From positions 181,270 to 245,269 of the forward strand of contig CAXBMO010000009.1 of the NCBI GenBank assembly GCA_963977015.1: DNA of 64,000 bases, in the 5' to 3' direction. The notes under the pieces were generated by a model, which was not told the origin of the DNA, ran no database searches, and was given only the letters and a program-made list of their open reading frames with translations. The position numbers and the translations under genes were made by a program. Each line of letters begins with the position of its first letter. The stretch's first letter is position 1. Shown in pieces: positions 10,582 through 20,207 of this stretch. This stretch comes from an uncultured bacterium (GTDB lineage: Bacteria; Verrucomicrobiota; Verrucomicrobiia; Verrucomicrobiales; DEV007).

Positions 10582-12002
10582 AGCGCCTTCACCTACTCAT
10601 CGCCCTGCTACTGGCCGCTCTTCAATCCAGTTCACTGGGATGGGATGCGAAAACTGCCGAAGACGTCGTGGTGCGAGTCGCGATTTTCACGAGTAGCGGA
10701 AAATATTCCGGTCACGGATCAGGCTTCGTCGTCAGTCGGGACGGACATGTCGTCACCAACAATCATGTGGTTCGAGGTGCCGGAACTCTATTGGTCATTC
10801 GCAAGGAATCGCCCCAGGAAATGGGGGTCTACAAAGCTGAGGTGCTGTTCAACGACTCAGGTCTCGACATGGCCATCATCAAGGCGAAGGGAATGAAAGG
10901 AGGACCCATTTCAACCCTGGCAACGGAAGTCCCGCCCAAGGGGGATCGAGTTTATGCCGCAGGGTTTCCCGGACAGAATGATGATATTAAGGATTTGATC
11001 GCGCTGCTCAACAAGATCATGAGCGCCGATGAGTTTCCCATACACCGTAAAATCGATAGCACGACGGAAGATGCGCTCGACGTGTCCATTAAGCCGGGAT
11101 TCATCGAACAAGTATCAACCAGTTCCTGGCTCAGGGCATCGACCGGAAGTGGCGGCGGAGTCGAATTGGAAATCATCAAGCACAGTGCCTCGATCGTTCA
11201 CGGGAATAGCGGTGGCCCCCTTTTTGATGAGAAAACCCGGGTCATTGGCATCAACACCGCGGGAAACGCCGACGAAAAAACCTACAACAATCTCCGGCTC
11301 TCTGGAAGAATCACGGAACTCATTGATGCCCGTGCATTCAAGGATCACGACATTCACCCAATCATCAGCGGCAACACCGTCACCGCATTGAGTTTGGCTG
11401 ACCCCAAAATTCTACTCCTCATTGTGCTGGTTATGGCCCTGTGTGGCATGGGCACGCTGCTTGTCGTCCATAAACAGCGTGCGGCAGCCGGCGCCAGAGG
11501 GCCCGTCCTGGTTCGAGGTGATGGCCGAACTCCCCATGCGCCCAGCCAGAACGATCAAGCCCTCACCTTGGGAACTGGGGGAGAAGTGTTGGGCCGGAGG
11601 TCTCCTGACACCAAAATCGCCGGATCAGGCGGCAATCGCCGGGGCATGCCGCCCGCGCAAAGCAATGGGCGCAACCGCTGGGTCCTGGAAGGAAATGGCC
11701 CCGACGGGAGGCACCACCGCCTTGAATTGGATAATCGGAGATTGTCCCAATCCACCAGCGGATTAAAAATTGGTCGCAAACGCGAATCCGCAGACATTGA
11801 GCTCGACGACAGTAGCGTCTCGAGACCTCACGCTCGAGTTTTCCTGCGCAAAACCAGCCTTTATCTGGAAGATTTGGGATCGTCAAACGGTAGCTTTGTC
11901 AATGGTGAGCGCCTTGGTGGTAAAATCCAGGCAATCAAGCTGAAAGAGAATTCTGAAGTCAAACTTGGAGAAGTCAGGTTGAGGTTTCTGCCTTTACGAT
12001 AA
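10578..12002 (+). CDS. Trypsin-like serine protease - TM - FHA domain protein (paralog of 4770-6230)
   Basis: Signal peptide; [63 protein letters not shown] overlap with phosphatase. Confidence 0.9.
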   Translation: MKRLHLLIALLLAALQSSSLGWDAKTAEDVVVRVAIFTSSGKYSGHGSGFVVSRDGHVVTNNHVVRGAGTLLVIRKESPQEMGVYKAEVLFNDSGLDMAIIKAKGMKGGPISTLATEVPPKGDRVYAAGFPGQNDDIKDLIALLNKIMSADEFPIHRKIDSTTEDALDVSIKPGFIEQVSTSSWLRASTGSGGGVELEIIKHSASIVHGNSGGPLFDEKTRVIGINTAGNADEKTYNNLRLSGRITELIDARAFKDHDIHPIISGNTVTALSLADPKILLLIVLVMALCGMGTLLVVHKQRAAAGARGPVLVRGDGRTPHAPSQNDQALTLGTGGEVLGRRSPDTKIAGSGGNRRGMPPAQSNGRNRWVLEGNGPDGRHHRLELDNRRLSQSTSGLKIGRKRESADIELDDSSVSRPHARVFLRKTSLYLEDLGSSNGSFVNGERLGGKIQAIKLKENSEVKLGEVRLRFLPLR

Positions 12003-12010
12003 TTTGTCTG

Positions 12011-13273
12011 ATGGGAGCCGACCTTTCATTGCCCCTCAAATCCCAAATTGGAGCCTACAGTGTTCAACGTGTTTTGGGGCAGGGAGGTTACGCCATTACC
12101 TACGCCGCAAGGGCGAAAAATGGAGAACTTGTTGCGATCAAGGAATTGTTTCCTGAGCAGTTCTCACGACGTAGCCCGGACAACTGGGTTTCGCCTAAAC
12201 CCGGCGATCAGGAAGATTTTGAATATATTAAAGAACGCTTTGTTCGAGAGGCGAGAATGGTTTGCGGGTTCAATCACCCCAATCTGCTCAAAGGGCTGGA
12301 TTGGTTCGAACAGAATGGGACTGCCTACATCGTTATGCGATATGAATCAGGCCTCCCTCTCCATCAGCATCTTCGCAATAAATCGAGCAACTTTAAGGTT
12401 ACTCCCGGAAGCATCGCCAGGCTCTTTCAGGGTCTGCTCGTCGCGTTAAAAGTCGCCCACGACCAGCATTGCGTCCACTGCGACATCAAACCAGGAAACA
12501 TCTATCTTGGCGAAAATTTTCTCCCGGTGTTGTTGGATTTTGGTGCAGCCCGCCACGCCGTCAACGAACGGCTTTATCAAGCCCACGAATCACTGGTCCC
12601 ATTCACGGAATACTACGCCCCAATTGAACAGTATCCGGAGCATTCCGGGGAGATTGGCCCCTGGACCGATATCTATCAGCTTGCGGCCGTGATCTATCGC
12701 TGTCTGACTGGCGGCAAAATCCCGTCAGCCATCGATCGGGTCGTGAAAGGAGCACCGGATCCCTATTACCCGCTGAGCCAACTCGTCATCAAAGGAAAGG
12801 GCTATCCAGTAGAGTTTCTCGAAGCGGTTGATTGGGCGCTCGCGATCCAACCTCGAGACCGCCCTCAATCGATTTCGGAATGGCGCCGACGTTTGGATCG
12901 CCCGATGAAGCGAATGGCGCGGGAAGCCAAGAAGACTGTGCGAATTGATGCGCGCGATCGCCCCATTGTCGAAACGGTTGAAAATACTGAACTGCCACCA
13001 GAAACGCTCGAAACCCTGACCGTTGTCTCCAAAGGCGCCAAGTCAGGGTATGAACGCCGGAAAACCCAAAACGTTCCCGACGACTATGATATAGACCAAA
13101 GTCTTGGCAAAAGATCCTCCGACGGGCGAACGCCAGTCGCCTTTCGAGTCATTATATGGTGCTTGGTACTCGCCATCGTGGTCCTCATTTTCCTGATGGT
13201 GGCAGAAAATTTCGGCTGGAACCTGCGTTTTCTGGCTGACTATTGGGATGAAATCCGCGACTCGGCCAACTGA
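12011..13273 (+). CDS. Ser/Thr protein kinase with C-terminal TM anchor (non-RD type)
   Basis: LGQGGYAITY, VAIKE, HCDIKPGN, DFG, APIEQ; TM VIIWCLVLAIVVLIFLMVA near the C-terminus. Confidence 0.9.
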   Translation: MGADLSLPLKSQIGAYSVQRVLGQGGYAITYAARAKNGELVAIKELFPEQFSRRSPDNWVSPKPGDQEDFEYIKERFVREARMVCGFNHPNLLKGLDWFEQNGTAYIVMRYESGLPLHQHLRNKSSNFKVTPGSIARLFQGLLVALKVAHDQHCVHCDIKPGNIYLGENFLPVLLDFGAARHAVNERLYQAHESLVPFTEYYAPIEQYPEHSGEIGPWTDIYQLAAVIYRCLTGGKIPSAIDRVVKGAPDPYYPLSQLVIKGKGYPVEFLEAVDWALAIQPRDRPQSISEWRRRLDRPMKRMAREAKKTVRIDARDRPIVETVENTELPPETLETLTVVSKGAKSGYERRKTQNVPDDYDIDQSLGKRSSDGRTPVAFRVIIWCLVLAIVVLIFLMVAENFGWNLRFLADYWDEIRDSAN

Positions 13274-13294
13274 TAAACCTCTCAATACCGTAGA

Positions 13295-15709
13295 CTAACT
13301 GGGTCGCAAATTTGGGATACGGATCCCATTGCGAAGAAAACCCAACTCCGTCAACTTCATCTTGCGTAGACGAAAGTAGGTCGCAAACAGCGCTCCGCCA
13401 AAATAGGGAAAAAAGAGAAAAAGGCTGAGAGCAATTCGGCTTTTTCGATAGTTATCAACACTTCCATCAACGTCGTCGATTTTCTCTTCAGAAAAATTGC
13501 CGAGCGGAGCCTTTGCATCCGGATCCCGGCTTGTTGGCGGGCCAATATATCCCTCGTAATTGAGCGCCTCCAAGTGAGAAATCGCTTCAAAAGCCCAACG
13601 TGACGGCATCACTTCCATAATCGATTTCGTCATCACACCGGCTCGATCGTATTGCGCCAACAACCCTCCAAAAAAGATAAACGGAATCAGAATAATCGGA
13701 ATAAGGACAATGGCCGTTACTTCCGTCTTCGACCACGCACTTACCAACAGTCCCAACCCGACTCCGATCATTGAGGCAAGCCAACACACTGCAAGTCCTG
13801 CAACAGGATTGATCGTCAGATCCAGAAAATGAACGGTGAGAAACACCAAAATTGCACACTGCACCAACCCAATCACGCCCAGGACGGAAATTTTCGACAT
13901 CAAATACGCCAACGGTGATTGCCCAAAGCGAGCCTCCCGATTGAAGATATTTACCTCGCCGACCAACTCTCGCGCTGAATTGTTGGTACCAAACCAGATT
14001 GCGACAAAGGTCAGAAGAAAAAGTGGAGGATTGACTGCTTTGTCACGAAAGGCCAATGCCAGAAAAATCGCCACCAAGGGAGCCTGAATCAGAAGTATGA
14101 GGAGAGATGACCGGTCGCGCAGTTTGCATTGAACGTAGCGTTTGGTCAGTTGGAAATATTGCGTAACTGCGGAGGCTCGTTCCGACGGAGCCCGGTTCTT
14201 GGGCTTATCTTGCGGAGTTCGGCTGAGAAGAGCAAACCGTTGTCCCACGTTTTTCTCATAGTGAGATGAACCACGGTAACGGTGAGCCATGTCCTCCTCA
14301 GGAAGATCATCAATATTTTCCATGATCCCATCAGGACCGGCTGCATCATGGTGTTGATTCGGCACAAAATATTGGATCGAATCTGGGTAGGCGGTTCCGA
14401 AATAGCAAAGGTGCCCAGCTTTGAGATAGATCGTCTTATCCAGAAGCTTGTAAACTCGAGTCGAAGGCTGATGAATGGTGATAATGATGGCGATACCTTT
14501 GGAATCGGCAAGCTTCCGAAGAATTTCCATCACCACCCTGGTGTCTTTCGAGGAAAGGCCGGAGGTTGGCTCATCAAGAAACAAAACCCGCGGGTCGGTC
14601 AGCAACTCGATCGCGAGATTTACCCGCTTCTTTTGGCCACCGGAGAGCGTTTTCTTTTCGGGCGAGCCGACCAATTCATCCCTTAGGTCCAGTTTACCAT
14701 TCGGATCCCACAATCCCAGATCCTCGCACAATTGATCTATCTTCTCGTGAATTGCCTCACTCGAAGTCGAAGCTGGCAACCGAAGCTTGGCATTGTAAAA
14801 AAGCACCTCCCGGACGGTCAGCTCCGCATGCATAATATCGTCCTGAGGTACATACCCAATTTGGGACTCAAACCTTCGACGGTTGCTCAGCATGTCGATA
14901 CCATTGTAGAGCACATCACCCGTGAATCCCGGCACGCTTCCACTCAGCGCATTCAAGAGTGTCGTCTTTCCACAACCCGATGGCCCAAGAAGGCCAACAA
15001 ACTCACCAGGAAAAACACAAAGGTCGATACCTTGAAGAATCTTTTTCGGCTGACCAGTCCTTCGATCAGTAACTTCAAAAGTCAGCTGATCAACCTGGAC
15101 GTAGATCCCCTCCCTCTCGGTCCCCACGACAATATTTTCGGGGTTCGCCGGATCAAAATTCAACGAAATGGATACCCCACCCAACTCCAACAGGTCACTG
15201 GGGTTGATCTGGATCTTGCCGTCCGCGTAGGCCACCCCATTAATATATACAGGTGCACCTTTGGGACGAATATAGCGGACGCCTCCGCGAGTAATATTGA
15301 GCTCCGCATGATTTGGGTGGACGCTCAAATACGGAAGTATCACCTCGTTGTTCCTCCCTGAACCAAACCGGATTTTTGCGGCATTGAACTTCTGGACGGA
15401 TCCTCCCGCCCCGGATGTCAACGCCTGTCCTCCCGAATGCTCCCATTCCTCAAATCGCTTTAACAGCAAATTGCCAGGCAGACGGTAATTCTCGGAAAAA
15501 TAGAAGATGTCGTCCGGGCGAACCTCCACCAATCCATCTCGCACCTCAGAATTGAGCGAATTGAGGAACGTCCCATTGGAGCTGCCCGCATCTTCAAGAT
15601 AAACCATGCCATCCCGACGGCGCATCCGTGCATGAGTCGAGGAAACGTAGGCGTTGTTCAGCACCATATCGTTATTCGAACTTCGCCCCAGTTGAAACAT
15701 CTCTGCCAT
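13295..15709 (-). CDS. FHA-FHA-ABC exporter (ATPase plus ABC-2-type membrane domain; Rv1747-like architecture)
   Basis: FHA1 LGR/VSSTH/SSNG; degenerate FHA2; Walker A GPSGCGKT, LSGGQ, FLDEPTSGL, TIHQ; about six TMs. Confidence 0.92.
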   Translation of the reverse strand: MAEMFQLGRSSNNDMVLNNAYVSSTHARMRRRDGMVYLEDAGSSNGTFLNSLNSEVRDGLVEVRPDDIFYFSENYRLPGNLLLKRFEEWEHSGGQALTSGAGGSVQKFNAAKIRFGSGRNNEVILPYLSVHPNHAELNITRGGVRYIRPKGAPVYINGVAYADGKIQINPSDLLELGGVSISLNFDPANPENIVVGTEREGIYVQVDQLTFEVTDRRTGQPKKILQGIDLCVFPGEFVGLLGPSGCGKTTLLNALSGSVPGFTGDVLYNGIDMLSNRRRFESQIGYVPQDDIMHAELTVREVLFYNAKLRLPASTSSEAIHEKIDQLCEDLGLWDPNGKLDLRDELVGSPEKKTLSGGQKKRVNLAIELLTDPRVLFLDEPTSGLSSKDTRVVMEILRKLADSKGIAIIITIHQPSTRVYKLLDKTIYLKAGHLCYFGTAYPDSIQYFVPNQHHDAAGPDGIMENIDDLPEEDMAHRYRGSSHYEKNVGQRFALLSRTPQDKPKNRAPSERASAVTQYFQLTKRYVQCKLRDRSSLLILLIQAPLVAIFLALAFRDKAVNPPLFLLTFVAIWFGTNNSARELVGEVNIFNREARFGQSPLAYLMSKISVLGVIGLVQCAILVFLTVHFLDLTINPVAGLAVCWLASMIGVGLGLLVSAWSKTEVTAIVLIPIILIPFIFFGGLLAQYDRAGVMTKSIMEVMPSRWAFEAISHLEALNYEGYIGPPTSRDPDAKAPLGNFSEEKIDDVDGSVDNYRKSRIALSLFLFFPYFGGALFATYFRLRKMKLTELGFLRNGIRIPNLRPS

Positions 15710-15784
15710 TTTTCTAGTGTCTCAAAATTGAACTCAGCTTAGGTTGCGGGGCACCTTTGGCCCTGCTTTTTGGGTTGCCGAAAA

Positions 15785-16564
15785 TCATACAACCCGAAAG
15801 ACAACGACGGTTATATTGTCCTGCCGGTCTTTCCGGCGCGATTCCACTGTCTGGATCAGTTGCTTACAGACAACGGATGCATCCGATGCTTCATGAATCT
15901 CAATCGTTGCCCGCAGTTTCTCCAAAGGAAGCGTATCCAAGCCATCGGTAGCCACAATGATCATGTCACCTTTCTCCACTTCTACCGGAGGTTTGCCCTG
16001 ATCAAGAGCGCCTTCCGTCAACGGCTCACCAATGATCGCTGATCGGAGGACATTTCGATCCGGGTGATTCTCAGCATCCTCAGCCGTCATTTCACCCCGC
16101 TCAACCTGGGCTGCCAAAATTGGCGCCATCGAATGGTCATCGTTGAGCCTTTTGAATTGCTTGGAAGCTCTGCTGAAATGATAGAGGGTGGAATCTCCGA
16201 TGCTCGTCCAACGCAGCATGTTGTCCCTCAAGAATGCCGCAACCAGCGTGGTGCCCATGCCCGAGTAGGTTTGGGGCTCTTCTTCGCACAACTTGCGAAT
16301 CGCCTCGTTGGCACCTCGCAAGCCCTTTGATAGTCTCACCGTATCGACGTCGAGCGACTCAGAAAATTCGCGAAGGAAATTTTCCGTTGCCACTCGACTT
16401 GCAATATCTCCGGCCGCATGTCCGCCCATCCCATCCGCGACGACGACGAGTAGGTCTCCGCCCCGAACTCCGAGCGCATCTTCAATTGCAACCTGATAGT
16501 AGTCTTCCTGATAGGGACGATCACCTTGAGATTGCCTTCCAGCAATATCCCGTTCAGGCTCCAT
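15785..16564 (-). CDS. Soluble PP2C/PPM-family Ser/Thr phosphatase
   Basis: GDRPYQED, VADGMGG, GMGTT, GDS, DHS, ATDG, QDNIT. Confidence 0.93.
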   Translation of the reverse strand: MEPERDIAGRQSQGDRPYQEDYYQVAIEDALGVRGGDLLVVVADGMGGHAAGDIASRVATENFLREFSESLDVDTVRLSKGLRGANEAIRKLCEEEPQTYSGMGTTLVAAFLRDNMLRWTSIGDSTLYHFSRASKQFKRLNDDHSMAPILAAQVERGEMTAEDAENHPDRNVLRSAIIGEPLTEGALDQGKPPVEVEKGDMIIVATDGLDTLPLEKLRATIEIHEASDASVVCKQLIQTVESRRKDRQDNITVVVFRVV

Positions 16565-17250
16565 TAGACGAGGGTATTGTCACTCCAGTCAAATTGTTCG
16601 CCACACAGAGGAACAAACTTGAGGGTGGTCCCTCCAATTCGAATCAATTCTCCGCCAGCAAGCTCAACAGGAGTCAAAACCGGGCTTTGCTCGGCGCCCA
16701 GGTAGGTGAGGTTGCTGCCTTGGGTGTTCGGTTGAACGAAATATTTTCGACTGCGCGGATCATAGGTAATAATCGCGTGGGCACTTCGCGAAACTTCCTG
16801 ATCACCAAACGGCAACGGAACGCGGTTGTCAGGATTACGACCGATTTGATTCATGCCATAACCCAAAGTCAAGGCGCTGCCACGGCCTGGTCCCGCAACA
16901 ATGACAACCCAGCCAACAACCGGGTCTTCGATTTCACCGGGAGCTTGGGGATTGCCCTGTGCAACGCCGCCTGCAGGAGCAATTCCTGGTGCGGGCTCGA
17001 TACCACCTGCCGCCACAGGCCTAACCAAACGCGTCTTGTCGCTGTCAGCTCCAGAATTCGATCCCGGCCCACCCTGCGAAGCAGGCTGATTGATCACTGA
17101 GGTGTTGTCATCCTGGATGCCTGAGCGCTCAACAATTCGGGTTGCTTCCGGATCATCGCTACTGGTTCTCCTGATCTCCTGGCTCTGTTCTTGATAGTCC
17201 GCATCGCTTGGGCGTCTACGAATAATTCGAGTCGTGTCATCGTTGCTCAT
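16564..17250 (-). CDS. FHA domain protein with disordered Thr-motif N-terminus
   Basis: VVGWVVIVAGPGRG, IGR, VSRSAHA, SNLTY; N-terminal repeats DTTRII, EATRIV, DNTSVI, DKTRLV. Confidence 0.87.
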   Translation of the reverse strand: MSNDDTTRIIRRRPSDADYQEQSQEIRRTSSDDPEATRIVERSGIQDDNTSVINQPASQGGPGSNSGADSDKTRLVRPVAAGGIEPAPGIAPAGGVAQGNPQAPGEIEDPVVGWVVIVAGPGRGSALTLGYGMNQIGRNPDNRVPLPFGDQEVSRSAHAIITYDPRSRKYFVQPNTQGSNLTYLGAEQSPVLTPVELAGGELIRIGGTTLKFVPLCGEQFDWSDNTLV

Positions 17251-17275
17251 TACTTAGTATAGGTTGAGTTCCGCC

Positions 17276-18106
17276 CTAGCGGGCTTTTTTTTCAAGAAGT
17301 CGGTTAATCAAATTATCAAACGTGTATTGGCCGGCACGGTTGAGCGAACGCTCCTCTCCGCCTTGCACGAAGTTCATCACCAACATCAGGACTCCGCTCA
17401 TGACCAGGGCAACCAAGGTGGTATAAAAAGCAACGCCCAATCGCGCCGTGGTCGGTCCCAGAAGATTATCCGGATCGATCCCGTCTCTGCCCGCAAAAGC
17501 CAACGCATCTGCAATCCCAATCACAGTTCCAATAAATCCCATGGTGGGGATTACCCAAACCACGTAACGAATGAGGTTATAGCGCAAATCCAGTTCGTGA
17601 AGGCAGAGTTCCAGGTTGGAATTCAGCAAGTTGTTGGCTTGATCAACGGAATCCGATTTCCGGAATTGGATGATGGTTCTCCGAATCAATTTGGGGAGAA
17701 AATAGCTTTGATTCGCTTTGTTGACCCGTTTGTAGATTGGAGTGAGGTCCTCGTGAGTGAGAATCGTTTGTTCGTCTTCCGGCAAAAATTCCAGACTCAG
17801 TTGATGCTTTTCTTTCGAAGCGGCCCGATGCCGCAACCACAATTCACCAAGCCCCAAACAAAGGGCAATCCACATGAAGGCCTGAACTGAAAAATATCCG
17901 TATTCCTCTTTTCCATCCTCAACGCGGCGGTTGATGAGGATCTGGGAAAAATCCACCTTCGTGTATTCACCGCTCGCATCCTCGCCTTTTATCTGAATCG
18001 GAGGAATCATATTCAAGGTTACGATGATCGCCACCCCGACCAAGAAGGCAATGAGCCCCACAACCAAGCGCTGCGCATCAAAAACGCTGTCTGACTGATC
18101 ATTCAT
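17276..18106 (-). CDS. MotA/TolQ/ExbB proton-channel family protein
   Basis: Four hydrophobic segments; IPTMGFIGTVIGIADAL and LGVAFYTTLVAL match the family TM motifs. Confidence 0.87.
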   Translation of the reverse strand: MNDQSDSVFDAQRLVVGLIAFLVGVAIIVTLNMIPPIQIKGEDASGEYTKVDFSQILINRRVEDGKEEYGYFSVQAFMWIALCLGLGELWLRHRAASKEKHQLSLEFLPEDEQTILTHEDLTPIYKRVNKANQSYFLPKLIRRTIIQFRKSDSVDQANNLLNSNLELCLHELDLRYNLIRYVVWVIPTMGFIGTVIGIADALAFAGRDGIDPDNLLGPTTARLGVAFYTTLVALVMSGVLMLVMNFVQGGEERSLNRAGQYTFDNLINRLLEKKAR

Positions 18107-18522
18107 CGCCGAATAATTTCTCCCGTTTCTGGATCCAGGTATGCACCACCACCCTGCCGTGGAGCAGGTGAAGGCTGGGCCGGAGGTTCCGGTTCAGGCG
18201 GTGCGGCAGGCGGATCTTCCGGTGAGTGCAACGGAGGAGCAATCAGGTCAAGCAGATCCCCCACAGACGTCTGGTACTGCTGCCCGAGGCGCAACGGAGT
18301 ATCTCGCCTGACATTCCCCTGATTGATTGGCACCCAATCCCCATTCTCCCAAATTTCCGTTCCGTTCTGGCCACTGATGTCCACGACCAGAAAATCTCTT
18401 CCCCCTGTATCCGTAATCTCCAAATGCTGTCGACTCACAGCATCCTGATCCTCCGGCACGCTAATGTCGCAGGGTTTCGTATGGTTCTTTCGACCAACAA
18501 TGTAGACCTTACGGTTTGCCAT
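18103..18522 (-). CDS. Small soluble FHA domain protein
   Basis: VGR, VSRQH, GQNGT; Pro-rich linker; C-terminal YLDPETGEIIRR; ATGA overlap with the MotA-like gene. Confidence 0.8.
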   Translation of the reverse strand: MANRKVYIVGRKNHTKPCDISVPEDQDAVSRQHLEITDTGGRDFLVVDISGQNGTEIWENGDWVPINQGNVRRDTPLRLGQQYQTSVGDLLDLIAPPLHSPEDPPAAPPEPEPPAQPSPAPRQGGGAYLDPETGEIIRR

Positions 18523-18539
18523 ACTTCCTCATTCTTTTA

Positions 18540-20000
18540 CTAATTCACGCGAAAGCGCATTTTCACTTCTCCCAGCTCCAACGTGTCACCGTCGCGCAAT
18601 GCCGACTGCTCCACTCGCTTTCCGTTCACGTAAATTCCGTTTCCTGAGTCCAGATCCGTTACGGACCAACTGCCATCTCGACTCTGATTGATCACGCAGT
18701 GGCTATTGGAAACACTGTCGTTGCGCAACACCAAATCATTGTCATTCCCCCTCCCGATTCGCATGTTGGTGATCGTGATCTGTTCCTGGCTCCCATCAGC
18801 ATCCAACATCTCCAACCATCCATACACGTGATTCGAGAACTGGGGAGCGACCGGAATATCATCATAAATTTCTGTGGCTTCCCCGGAAATGACCGGATCA
18901 ACGTCATTGCCTCCCGAAAGTTTGCGCAGCAGCAATGCCAAAATCACAATGGCAACGGCGACTGCGGCAATGATGATGTAGAGAACGGTATTATCGGTGG
19001 CCTCGCCTCCATTAGGATCGTCCCCCCCGGTGGCACCAACGGCCCCGGATGAGGATTTCACCTCAATTTCCCGCTTAATCTTGTCTCCTTTTTCGGTTTC
19101 GATCTCAATCGTCACTTTCGAATTCCCGCTCAGTGCCGACGCATCGAGAACCAGTCTGCCTCCACTTTCAGCAAAGGGATAAAATACCTCTTTGTCGAAA
19201 TCCTCCGGCAACTTGTAAGTGCCGTATTCAGCCCGCTTATAAAGCCCTTTTGTTGGCTCAACCATTCGCCGTAACGACTGCAAAAACTGGGACTTGTCCT
19301 TCTCGTTCTGAGCATACCCAAGAGCACTGATCACGACGCCCGCCTTTTTTGCCTGTTTCTCAACCTCGGCGACAAGGTCAACCAACTCTCCCTGGTCCTC
19401 GTATTCGCCGTCGGAAAAGATGATGAGATGCTTTCGATCCGCGTCGCTCTTGGCCAGTTTCGCAATCAATTCACGGGTAAGCTGGAAAATCTGGGTGGTC
19501 TTTCCCTTTGCCTTGTGTTTCTCGAGCTCGCGAATCGCGAACCCGGAATTTTGGCCGAGCTCCGCCACGGTGGTGAGCGTGTCGGCTTCAATGGTAAAGA
19601 CTCCAAATTTATGAACCGGCGATGCTGGCGTCATCATGCGCTTGGCGTGAGTGATCTCCCAATCATTGCGCTTCTTAAAAATCGCCGCCTCCGGTGCACT
19701 CAGGTCAATCAACAAGGCGATATCGCTCGAGACTCCCTCCACCTCGACAAAGGGCAGATAGGACTTCACAGCCACTTCTGCGTCTCCACTCAAGGCCTTG
19801 ATCGAATCCTTCTTGACGGTAACAGCCTTGGAATCCATGAGGGTCGGGTTAATGGCCTCCGGATCCCACAACCGAAAGTCGATCGAAATGGTATTGGCCT
19901 CATCATCATGAGTTGGTCCCGATAGGACCATGATTTCTCCGCCCAAAGAAAGCGCGGCAAATGTTAACAGCGAAAATAATCCTGTCGCGATCGATTTCAT
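18540..20000 (-). CDS. vWA-like - TM - FHA domain protein
   Basis: Signal peptide; LLIDLS (partial MIDAS), IIFSDG, ISALGY; TM VLYIIIAAVAVAIVILALLL; FHA IGR, VSNSH, SGNG. Confidence 0.83.
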   Translation of the reverse strand: MKSIATGLFSLLTFAALSLGGEIMVLSGPTHDDEANTISIDFRLWDPEAINPTLMDSKAVTVKKDSIKALSGDAEVAVKSYLPFVEVEGVSSDIALLIDLSAPEAAIFKKRNDWEITHAKRMMTPASPVHKFGVFTIEADTLTTVAELGQNSGFAIRELEKHKAKGKTTQIFQLTRELIAKLAKSDADRKHLIIFSDGEYEDQGELVDLVAEVEKQAKKAGVVISALGYAQNEKDKSQFLQSLRRMVEPTKGLYKRAEYGTYKLPEDFDKEVFYPFAESGGRLVLDASALSGNSKVTIEIETEKGDKIKREIEVKSSSGAVGATGGDDPNGGEATDNTVLYIIIAAVAVAIVILALLLRKLSGGNDVDPVISGEATEIYDDIPVAPQFSNHVYGWLEMLDADGSQEQITITNMRIGRGNDNDLVLRNDSVSNSHCVINQSRDGSWSVTDLDSGNGIYVNGKRVEQSALRDGDTLELGEVKMRFRVN

Positions 20001-20207
20001 AGCATGATTAAACTGGGCAGCCCTTCTGGTTGGGATTTCGAACGATCATAACCTTTTGTCAGGAAGGACCCCAACGTTAACACAGCTAAAATCGGCTTGT
20101 TGAAATCCAAACTCCGGTGAGCCGAACCTTGGTAAATGTTGGTAACGAATGGCTGTATTCCGGTCAAGTCCAATTCGATTTGTTTTTCCCGCATCTGAAC
20201 CCGGCAT

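Noticed and set aside
19997-20194. 65-aa ORF between the two vWA genes
   Set aside because: It has no recognisable features and its ATGA overlap may be chance; it cannot be supported without homologs.
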